Below the pieces are notes generated by a model. That model saw nothing but the letters and a program-made list of their open reading frames with translations. It did no database searches and was not told where the DNA came from. The position numbers and the translations under genes were made by a program. 64,000 bases of DNA, taken from the NCBI GenBank assembly GCA_016209735.1, contig JACQVN010000014.1, positions 4,633-68,632 of the forward strand. The letters are read 5' to 3'. Source of the DNA: Candidatus Methylomirabilota bacterium. GTDB lineage: Bacteria > Methylomirabilota > Methylomirabilia > Methylomirabilales > 2-02-FULL-66-22. This document shows positions 55,317-63,276 of the stretch, in pieces; positions within the stretch are counted from its first letter, which is position 1, and every line of letters starts with the position of its first letter.

Positions 55317-56630
55317 TCACTTCCTCCCGCGCACCGACAGGCGAATCGGCGTCCCGCGGAAATCGAAGGCATCCCGCAGGCAGTTCTCCAGATAGCGGCG
55401 ATAGGAGAAGTGTAGCCCCTTGGATGCCGTCGCGAAGCAGAGAAACGTGGGTGGCTTGACCGCCACCTGCGTCGCGTAGCGTATGCGAACCGGCCGCCCC
55501 TGCTCCGCCGGCGGGGGGCGCCGCTCCACGGCCCGCAGCATCACATCATTCAATTCGGGCGTCGGAATGCGCCGCGCGCGCGCGGCGGCGACCTCGTTGA
55601 TGAGCCGGAAGAGCGACTTCACGCGAAAGCCCGTCAACGCCGACACGAACGCGACGGGCGCATAGTCGAGGAACTTGAAGTTCTCCTGCAAGGTCTCCTG
55701 GGTCCGCTCTTCCGCGTCCGCCTCCCCCTTGTGGCAGTCCCACTTGTTGACCACGAGGATGCTGGCGCACCCCGCCTCGTGGGCCTCGCCACCGACCCGG
55801 GTGTCCGGGGCGGTCACCCCCTCCACGCCATCCAGGAGAATCAGGGCCACATCCGCCCGGCGGACCGCGGCCAGCGCCCGAGAGACGCTGTACCGCTCCA
55901 CCGTATGCCCGGTGCGGCCCTTGCTTCGGATGCCGGCCGTGTCCACCAGGATGTACTCGCATCCCTGGAAGCTGAACGGGGTGTCGATCGCATCGCGGGT
56001 CGTCCCCGGCTCGGCGCTCACCACCACGCGCTCGGTTCCCAGGATCCGGTTAACCAGGGACGACTTCCCGACGTTGGGGCGCCCCACCACCGCCACGGTG
56101 ATGGCGCTCGTCTGTGCCTCGGCCTCCCCACCCTCCCCCGCCAGGGCGTACACCGCGTCCAGGAGCTCGCCGATCCCCCTCCCTTGCTCGGCCGAGATCG
56201 GGTAGATCGGATCGAAGCCGAGCCGGGCGAAGTCGGCGGCCAGGGACTCCTGCCCGACGCCGTCCACCTTGTTGGCGACCAAGAGTATCGGCTGATGCGT
56301 CCCCCGCCGCAGGAGGCGGGCCACCTCGGCATCGGCCGGAGTCAGCCCCTCCTTCGCGTCCGCCAGGAGGAGGATGACGTCCGCCTCGGCCACCGCCTGC
56401 TGGGCCTGCACCCGCACGGCCGCCATGATCCCGGTGCCGGCCGGTTCGAGTCCTCCGGTGTCCGCCAGGACGAAGCGGCGGCCGCGCCACTCCGTCTCGC
56501 CGTAGAGACGATCCCGCGTAACGCCCGGCATGTCATCGACAATCGCGCGTCGTCCGCCGATCAGGCGGTTGAACAGCGTGGACTTGCCCACGTTGGGCCG
56601 GCCGACGATGGCTACGATAGGTGTGCTCAT
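55317..56630 (-). CDS. der: ribosome biogenesis GTPase Der (EngA)
   Basis: Two GTPase domains (GRPNVGKST twice, DTGG / DTAG, NKVD / NKWD) and a C-terminal KH-like domain. Confidence 0.96.
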   Translation of the reverse strand: MSTPIVAIVGRPNVGKSTLFNRLIGGRRAIVDDMPGVTRDRLYGETEWRGRRFVLADTGGLEPAGTGIMAAVRVQAQQAVAEADVILLLADAKEGLTPADAEVARLLRRGTHQPILLVANKVDGVGQESLAADFARLGFDPIYPISAEQGRGIGELLDAVYALAGEGGEAEAQTSAITVAVVGRPNVGKSSLVNRILGTERVVVSAEPGTTRDAIDTPFSFQGCEYILVDTAGIRSKGRTGHTVERYSVSRALAAVRRADVALILLDGVEGVTAPDTRVGGEAHEAGCASILVVNKWDCHKGEADAEERTQETLQENFKFLDYAPVAFVSALTGFRVKSLFRLINEVAAARARRIPTPELNDVMLRAVERRPPPAEQGRPVRIRYATQVAVKPPTFLCFATASKGLHFSYRRYLENCLRDAFDFRGTPIRLSVRGRK

Positions 56631-56695
56631 TCCGTTTCTCCAGAAGCAGAACTTGTATCACACGAAGGCTGATATCACCAACCCCGGAAACGTTT

Positions 56696-56720
56696 CGCCC
56701 CCGGGCGTCACCCGAGGGCG
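56696..56720 (-). terminator. GC hairpin 3-prime of the DUF499 gene
   Basis: CGCCCCCGGG-CGTCA-CCCGAGGGCG, a 10-bp stem with one mismatch. There is no U tract, so function is uncertain. Confidence 0.3.
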
Positions 56721-56747
56721 GTACGAAATAGGAAGGGGAATCTTCTA

Positions 56748-59564
56748 TCAGTCGATGTCCACCTCCAGACGATCGGCCAGACCGAGGTCGCTCACGATCT
56801 GCTCGAGATCTTTCCGTAAAGGCTCGGCAGCAGTACCATCCACAGTCGAAGTCGCATTAAGATTGAGTCGAAGGTCTCCCCCGGACTTCAGCTTCGGAAT
56901 CAGTCGCGTGCCGAGACGATTCCATACCTCGGGAGGAATGCTCCCGCTGACCCGTACGGTCCGTTTGGCCGGAACGACAGGCGGGCGAACACCCTCGCCT
57001 CCTTTGGGGGCCGCTTCCGATTCGTCGGCTCCTGTCAGAATCGTCGTTTCGGGGGCCACAGGTCCTGCGGAGACACCCTCGGCTCCGAGAGGCGCCTTGA
57101 GGGCTCTCGCACGAACCTTGGTGAGGAGGAAAACGTCGCCCTCGAACGTAACCTCATCGTGGGGTACCAACTCACCCCACCACACGCGCGTAAAGCTGCC
57201 GTCCGGTAACTGCCCTGAGGCAAGACCCATCTCGCCCTTCATGACGAACTCCGGAATCTTCCCTCGCAGCACAAGATCTGGATCGACGAGTCGGGTAAGG
57301 GCGCCGTTGAGGAAGCTCTGGCGCAGCCCGGACAGAGGCCAGGCGCCAGCCTCCTTCAAGGCAGGCGGCCAGTTCCGCTCAATGTAGCCCGCACCGACCG
57401 ACTCATTCAGGAGGCCTTGAGACTTCAGTGCCGCGAGAATCCGGCCGGAGAGCGATTCCACCGCACTGGCGTGGCCCGCTCCGAGATCGATCATCTTGAG
57501 CCCACTGGCCGTCTTCTGCTCTGCCAGCACAACGAAGCGATAGGAGGCCCAGACCTCGTCCGTGACATTCTCATCGGCGTCGCGGACCTTGCCGGCCACC
57601 TCCGCCTTCTCGCCCTTCTCGAATTCGCCGCCCAGCACTCCCGTGGCGATCTCGCGCTCGTCCCGCCGCCAGGCCAGCCATGTTTCGACGGCCTCCTGGA
57701 GATCGCGATCGGGCTTCCGTATGAACCATACGAGGGCAGCAGGATACAGTCGTTTGGATTTCCCTCGCTGAACGGTCCAATCGGCAATCCATCCCCGGGC
57801 ACTTTCTGCTCCGCTCCAGGCCGCCTCTGGGTTTGCTACAACAATTGTCAGGCGGGGGGAATCGGCGATAGCCTCGGCATCCTCCGGGAAGAAGACGAGC
57901 GGCGTAGCGGCCTTGGTCTCAAACACTTTGCGGACCGCCGCTTGCGTGGTTTTCTTGATTTCGATTTCGTCCAGGGAAGCCCGGCGGTCGTTCACCACCT
58001 TGGCGAGCTTGGGGTGGAAGCCGAAACGGTAGCCGTCGGTGCCGGCCTTCCGGATATAGAAGCCGGCCTTCTCCAAGGCAATGGCCGCACTGTCAACCGA
58101 GGTGGTGTCTATCTCCGGCTCGCCCGGGGCGAAGCGGAGTTCGGGCAAGTGGGCATACTTGTCCACCATACCGCCGGAAGACTCAAAGAGGATCGTGGCC
58201 CCCACCCCACGATGAATCTCTTTCAACGCCCCCTTGGCGTCCGCATCCAGGGCTTTGGTGCGGGCCAAGTCGCCGGCAATGTCCGAGGTGATCGCCGACT
58301 CCAGCCGTGTTTCCCCGAGCTGTCCGAGGATGGTCGCCCGGAAATCGGCCGCCTCCAGGGGGGCCGACCCCAACGTGATCAGTGGCTCGCGCCGGGCGCG
58401 CTTGTAGCCGTCCCGGTACGCCCACGAGATCCATTGCGCTAGCATCGCCAGGGTGCCTCGAGTTTGCTGGTACTGTTGAAGCGATGTCCACTTCCGCTGA
58501 AAGACGGATACCGTGGAGGGGTGAAAGGGATAGCAGGCCTCGAAGCGGCCCTGGAGAAACTCACGCGCCGTGGTCCCTGCCTGCGCCGCGTTCCGCGACG
58601 CGGCAGGCAGGTCGGTGGCCGCGGAATCAACCGCTGTCCACTGCGGGGGGAGCTGTGCTCGTCGCCCGAAACACCAGTCCGCGTAAGCCTTGCCCACCGC
58701 CTTTCGGGCCTTCTCCGACCCAAGGCCCTCGAACAAGCGTCGCCGGATGACCTCGCTGATTTCAGCCTCGTCGGTGGCGATGAGGTCCTTCGCCACACGC
58801 TTGACGACCTTGGTGATCTTCTCCTGCCATTCCAGGTCATGAGATGACATCTCGACCTGGCTCCGGGGCAGGCTGATCATGGCCGCGCCGTGACTCGTCC
58901 CGGTCATGGCCACCGTCAGGTTCTGGGCAAAGGCATAGAAGCCATCCGCCAGGTCCCGATGCCGATTGATGAAGTTGAGCACCTCGTCGCAGAGGATCAG
59001 GACGCGGTCCCCCGCGGCCGTGAAGAGTCGGCACAGCGTCTCGGTCCCCGGGGCCGCCGTCTTGGCTTTCGGCCCCAGGATCGCCACGCCCGCATCGCCG
59101 GCAAGCTGACGGGCAACGTCAATCCAAGGGGTCTCTCGACCCTCTCGGGGATCCCAGGCATTCCCAACGAAAACCGCTACCCTGGCGGGCGGGATCTCGC
59201 TGAGGCCCGCGTTCTTGAGCATTCTGGCAACGCCCACTTCGTCAGCAACCTTCTTGCCGACGTTGACCAGATGGTAAAGGGCGGTCAGCGTGTGCGTCTT
59301 CCCGCCGCCGAACTGCGTGATCAGGGTGAGGACCGGCGCAGTCCGCTCGGTGAGGCCGGCTAGGCGCCGCAGGACCATTCCCGCATGCTCGCTGAGCGCT
59401 CGTGTGAAATACGTCCGGGAGAAGAACTTTACCGGATCGCTGTAATCCTCCGGCGCCGTCCCCCAGACCACCTGTTCCAGCGCGATGGCAAATTCATCCG
59501 GGTTAAACGATCGCCCTTCGCGAACCTCCGCCCGCGGTGTGGCGACCTTGTACCAAGGGTCCAT
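56748..59564 (-). CDS. DUF499-family P-loop ATPase (BrxC/PglY-like)
   Basis: N-terminus DPWYKVATPRAEVREGRSFNPDEFAIALEQVV...FFSRTYFT, Walker A ITQFGGGKTHT, Walker B VLILCDEVLNF, YPFHPSTVSVFQRKWTSLQQYQQTRGTLAMLA. 938 aa. GAGGAG Shine-Dalgarno. Confidence 0.85.
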   Translation of the reverse strand: MDPWYKVATPRAEVREGRSFNPDEFAIALEQVVWGTAPEDYSDPVKFFSRTYFTRALSEHAGMVLRRLAGLTERTAPVLTLITQFGGGKTHTLTALYHLVNVGKKVADEVGVARMLKNAGLSEIPPARVAVFVGNAWDPREGRETPWIDVARQLAGDAGVAILGPKAKTAAPGTETLCRLFTAAGDRVLILCDEVLNFINRHRDLADGFYAFAQNLTVAMTGTSHGAAMISLPRSQVEMSSHDLEWQEKITKVVKRVAKDLIATDEAEISEVIRRRLFEGLGSEKARKAVGKAYADWCFGRRAQLPPQWTAVDSAATDLPAASRNAAQAGTTAREFLQGRFEACYPFHPSTVSVFQRKWTSLQQYQQTRGTLAMLAQWISWAYRDGYKRARREPLITLGSAPLEAADFRATILGQLGETRLESAITSDIAGDLARTKALDADAKGALKEIHRGVGATILFESSGGMVDKYAHLPELRFAPGEPEIDTTSVDSAAIALEKAGFYIRKAGTDGYRFGFHPKLAKVVNDRRASLDEIEIKKTTQAAVRKVFETKAATPLVFFPEDAEAIADSPRLTIVVANPEAAWSGAESARGWIADWTVQRGKSKRLYPAALVWFIRKPDRDLQEAVETWLAWRRDEREIATGVLGGEFEKGEKAEVAGKVRDADENVTDEVWASYRFVVLAEQKTASGLKMIDLGAGHASAVESLSGRILAALKSQGLLNESVGAGYIERNWPPALKEAGAWPLSGLRQSFLNGALTRLVDPDLVLRGKIPEFVMKGEMGLASGQLPDGSFTRVWWGELVPHDEVTFEGDVFLLTKVRARALKAPLGAEGVSAGPVAPETTILTGADESEAAPKGGEGVRPPVVPAKRTVRVSGSIPPEVWNRLGTRLIPKLKSGGDLRLNLNATSTVDGTAAEPLRKDLEQIVSDLGLADRLEVDID

Positions 59565-59648
59565 TGCCAGCTCCTCAGGCGCGATGTTCGCTGACGATCG
59601 TCAGGCCAGGAAGGAAACGATATTCGTGTCGAGTAGAGCGCTCTCCAC

Positions 59649-60284
59649 TCAAACCCCCGCAGCGTTGGAAGACTCAGTTGCGACCAGGAATGCGCTAAAG
59701 TCGTCGGACTCCCATAGGTCAGCCCCCTTGCCGAATACGTCCTCCAACCGTCGGATGGGCTGAACCGCCTGCTCCCCCGCAAGCTCCTCAAGAGTCTTGT
59801 CCTGCCAGAACTTTTCCGCATCCATGATGTCGAAAGCCTCACCCTCCATGCGAGCCAGCTCGATGTCGCGTATGTTCACGCTAATCAGCCTTCCGGTCAA
59901 GGGATCCTCTTGCGCCTTTCCCGTGATCCGCACGTAGCTCCGCAGATACTCGTATACTCGCTCGGCCAGCGACTCGTCGAAGCGGCACGGGACGGGATCT
60001 CCCACCGGCGGGTGGAGGCGGCATCGCTCGCCAGCGCATCCGAAATCAGCCATGAGAAGGCGGCCCTCCAGCGTCCGCTGATTCGAAACCGGGCTTCGGA
60101 TCAGCCGCACAACCCGCTCACGGACCACCGGCGTCACCGCAGTCCTCCGGCTGAGCCTCTGTGTTCGCCATTCGATCTCAATTGCCCCGATCCCGTAATC
60201 GAGGATTCCCCCAATGTCCCGCAGACTGTGCAGGACACCGACATCGTAGCCCGCCGGCAATCCCTTCCCGTCGTGGGCAATCAC
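59649..60284 (-). CDS. hypothetical 211-aa protein of the island
   Basis: GTG start with AAGGGG upstream. I recognise no catalytic motif. The C-terminal tail TLEELAGEQAVQPIRRLEDVFGKGADLWESDDFSAFL resembles tails I associate with small antitoxin-like proteins. Same strand and short gaps to its neighbours. Confidence 0.55.
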   Translation of the reverse strand: MIAHDGKGLPAGYDVGVLHSLRDIGGILDYGIGAIEIEWRTQRLSRRTAVTPVVRERVVRLIRSPVSNQRTLEGRLLMADFGCAGERCRLHPPVGDPVPCRFDESLAERVYEYLRSYVRITGKAQEDPLTGRLISVNIRDIELARMEGEAFDIMDAEKFWQDKTLEELAGEQAVQPIRRLEDVFGKGADLWESDDFSAFLVATESSNAAGV

Positions 60285-60340
60285 TTCAACCCCTTGGAGG
60301 AAATGCTCTACCGCCTACGAAGGAGCCGTAGGTACACTCA

Positions 60341-60940
60341 CTAATGCGATTTCACTTGAACACTCAAGTCATCTATGAGGTGCTTGAGGCTCTTCTCGAC
60401 TTTTCCCGCTCGGTACAGGTCCATCGCTTCGACAAGCTCCCGCGCAAACTCAATTCCTCCCAGGGTGGAAGCATGGCCCGCACTCGCCACAGCCTTCGAT
60501 AGAATCCGCTTGTAGAGTTCTCTTCCGCACTTCCTTTTTCCCATCTTTGGTGCAATACCGACCACCTGAGTGAAGGATTCCGGATCAGCGAGGTACCACC
60601 GCTCTACATGGGGATCAGGACAGGCAACGACCGTCCGATCTCTGAAGGGAACCTCGATCTCTCCCTCAATCGCTTTCTTTGCCTCATTGAATCTCGTGCA
60701 ATTAGCATCAATCACAACCACAAGCAGGTCTGGAACCGACATGCCCCCGACACCGGTGAGGACCGCTTTCTGGTAGAGCGCAAGCTCTGAGATAGCGCGC
60801 CCGTGCCCCCCACGAGCAGAGCGGGCTCGAAGACTCACCGTCCTCTTCTCCATGCGCGCAAGGCGTTCAACCATTGCCGATAGGAATGCCTCGTGCGCAT
60901 AATCCTCAGCAAACAGGTCTACGGCAAGAGGCTTACTCAT
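60341..60940 (-). CDS. DUF4276-like (Toprim-like) protein, partner of the upstream ATPase
   Basis: AVDLFAEDYAHEAFL (acidic first strand), LLVVVIDANC (DxD-like position), ACPDPHVERWYLAD (E.W motif). 8-nt overlap with the ATPase gene. Confidence 0.55.
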   Translation of the reverse strand: MSKPLAVDLFAEDYAHEAFLSAMVERLARMEKRTVSLRARSARGGHGRAISELALYQKAVLTGVGGMSVPDLLVVVIDANCTRFNEAKKAIEGEIEVPFRDRTVVACPDPHVERWYLADPESFTQVVGIAPKMGKRKCGRELYKRILSKAVASAGHASTLGGIEFARELVEAMDLYRAGKVEKSLKHLIDDLSVQVKSH

Positions 60941-62171
60941 CGAGCATTCCCCGCAAAATCAGGCTTTCAAATAAACCATCCTCTGTGCCTGCTGTCAGCG
61001 CTCGAGCGATTTCCTCGTTCTTGAAAAGTGGTCCAGTCACCTGAAACGGCTTGACCTCGGTTCCATTCAAGCCACGCCGGACATTCAGTAGGGCAATCTC
61101 GCCCTCGCGCGACCGCGCCTGTCGCAAGACGGCATCACAGAAAAGCGGCGAATGTGTGGTGACAATGAGCTGCCTACCCTGCTCGGTGGAGAGAGACGTG
61201 AGGAGCTGAGCGATGAGCTCTAGCCGCCTCGGGTGAACCCCGTTCTCGGGCTCCTCGAAAGCTAAGAGTGCACCGGCCCAAGGGTTAACCGCAATGGCGC
61301 AAAGTGCAAGAACCCGAAGCGTTCCCTCCGACACAATTCTCGATGAGAAATCTATTCCATCCTGGCGAATCTGAATGTCCAGCGTCCCGCGACGCTTGTC
61401 GAGATCTACGGTCAAGTCCTCTACGCTTGGAATGAGCGACCGCAACGTACGCCGGACAGCATCGAACCGTTTGGACCCTTCCCCCGACCGCATTCGGTAC
61501 AGGAATGGAGCGATATCTTCCCCAAGTACACCGATATCTCGTACGTCGGCAGGTGGCCTGGCCGATCGCATCGCAACTCGCGGATCAAGGTAGTAAGTGC
61601 GCCAGCCGGATAGCTCGCCGCGACACCGATCGATCGCTCGATATTCGACGCCGCCAAGTCTCGGGTCCGACAGGGCAGAGTAATTTTGTCCAAGTAATTC
61701 GTACCGCGGCTTCCCGGGATGACTCTTCCGACGAATTCGGAGTTTCTCGTTGACGACCTCGATGGCCGGTGAACCTTTGGGATCACCTTTTTGGCTGAGG
61801 GTTGACAAGTACTCATCACGTACCGATAGACTGCCGGACTGAGGCTGGATCTCGACTGCTATTCGGTAACGCCCAATCTCCCTCGCTATCTGCAGATCCG
61901 CCTCAAGCGAAAAGCGGGCAGAACGTTCTCCAAGAAGGGCCGCAAGCCCACCGGCCGGGAAGGCAAATGCCTCAGCTGGATACCCACGGATTGGCTCGGA
62001 AAGCGCATCCGACAGAGTTCGACTTGTCCCGATTCGCGATAGAGCCTGGACAGCGTCTAGGAGGTTGCTCTTCCCGGCCGCGTTGGGACCAAAGAGGACT
62101 GTCATGCGGGGGAAGGCAACCTCGACGTTGCCGAGGGATTTGAAACCTTCAACCTTCAACCTTCTGAGCAC
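60933..62171 (-). CDS. ABC/SMC-type AAA ATPase (AAA_21/AAA_15-like, OLD/PARIS/AbiL-class)
   Basis: GTG start with GGGGGAGGAGG upstream. LKVEGFKSL..V....R.TVLFGPNAAGKSNLLDA (Walker A), LLAFEEPENGVHP (Walker B/D-loop), LIVTTHSPLF (H-loop). Confidence 0.88.
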   Translation of the reverse strand: MLRRLKVEGFKSLGNVEVAFPRMTVLFGPNAAGKSNLLDAVQALSRIGTSRTLSDALSEPIRGYPAEAFAFPAGGLAALLGERSARFSLEADLQIAREIGRYRIAVEIQPQSGSLSVRDEYLSTLSQKGDPKGSPAIEVVNEKLRIRRKSHPGKPRYELLGQNYSALSDPRLGGVEYRAIDRCRGELSGWRTYYLDPRVAMRSARPPADVRDIGVLGEDIAPFLYRMRSGEGSKRFDAVRRTLRSLIPSVEDLTVDLDKRRGTLDIQIRQDGIDFSSRIVSEGTLRVLALCAIAVNPWAGALLAFEEPENGVHPRRLELIAQLLTSLSTEQGRQLIVTTHSPLFCDAVLRQARSREGEIALLNVRRGLNGTEVKPFQVTGPLFKNEEIARALTAGTEDGLFESLILRGMLDE

Positions 62172-62793
62172 CGGAACCTCCTCCCCCTATTTTCGTGGTA
62201 CTGCCAAGAGCATGGCGTCGAGCAGGCGCTTTTCTTCGCTCTCTTTAGGGTACAACGCGGATAGGGCATTGGCCAAGCGGAGAAAGTCGGCGCTGCGCTG
62301 GATCTCGGCCTCCAGGAGCGCCCGGAGGGCGTTGGTCCGGCCGCCGGCTTGGAGGAGCATGGCGGCGTGGACGTGATCCAGCGTCGTCGCCCCTGCCTGC
62401 GCCGCGTGTCGCGCCGCGGCAGGCAGGTCCCGCCGAGTCCTCAAGGCCTTGTCCGAGATCGCAGCCCCCCTTCGGGCACGGCCGCGAACCCGGACCGGCT
62501 GCGGTTCCGTTTCCATCCTCGGAAATAGTGTCAACTGCGCCGCACTCTTGGGACTCTGTTCCAATTGGTCCGCGACGACCTCCGCCCCATCCTCGCCGAA
62601 GAGCTGCTTGGCTCGCTGCGAAACCGGCAGCAGGCGCACGATGCCCTTTTCGGTCTCGATGATCCGGCTTTCCCAATCCGGCAGATGGATGCCGAGCGGC
62701 TGGGCGAATCGACGCGCGACATCAAAGGCGAGACTGAAACCCTTGGCCCTCTTTCGCGACGTAGCCTCCTCACTGTCGTCGCCCATCTCGTCC

Positions 62794-62838
62794 CCCTCAC
62801 CCTCCCCCTCTCCCAGTGGGAGAGGGCCGGGGTGAGGG
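62794..62838. repeat. 45-nt palindromic element inserted in frame in the methylase gene
   Basis: CCCTCACCCTCCCCCTCTCCCA-G-TGGGAGAGGGCCGGGGTGAGGG, 22-nt arms with a 4-nt internal mismatch. Translated as PHPGPLPLGEGEGEG. Confidence 0.85.
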
Positions 62839-63227
62839 TCGCCGTTGTCGCCATTCGTGCTCTCGAGTGTCCAAAGGAACAAGGCGGTCAACCGCGCGTC
62901 TTCTTCCAGTGCCCCAGCAGCGCCATTGCGTGCCTTGGCCTCGGCCGTGCCCAGGACCTGCTCTAGCGCCATACGACCGACGACTTCCCAGACATAGGCC
63001 AGATACCCTCGCTTATGGGGCTCCTTCGCTTCGGGATCGCCGCCCAGCGGAATTCCCGCTCCTCGGCGTCCACAACCTTGGCGTACCGGCTGTAAATCTC
63101 CAGCGCCGGACGGATGCAGGCAAACACCAGGTCCGCCCCTCGGACGCCTTCAGATTGGAGCCGCTCCATCCAGTCGCCGACACGGATGGGCAGCTCCCGA
63201 AAGACTTCCACCCAGTCACCCACTCCT

Positions 63228-63276
63228 CCCTCACCCTCGGTCCCTCTCCCACTGGGAGAGGGACCGAGGGTGAGGG
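63228..63276. repeat. 49-nt perfect palindromic element at the first frame break of the methylase gene
   Basis: CCCTCACCCTCGGTCCCTCTCCCA-C-TGGGAGAGGGACCGAGGGTGAGGG, perfect 24-nt arms. Same family as 62794-62838. Confidence 0.9.
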
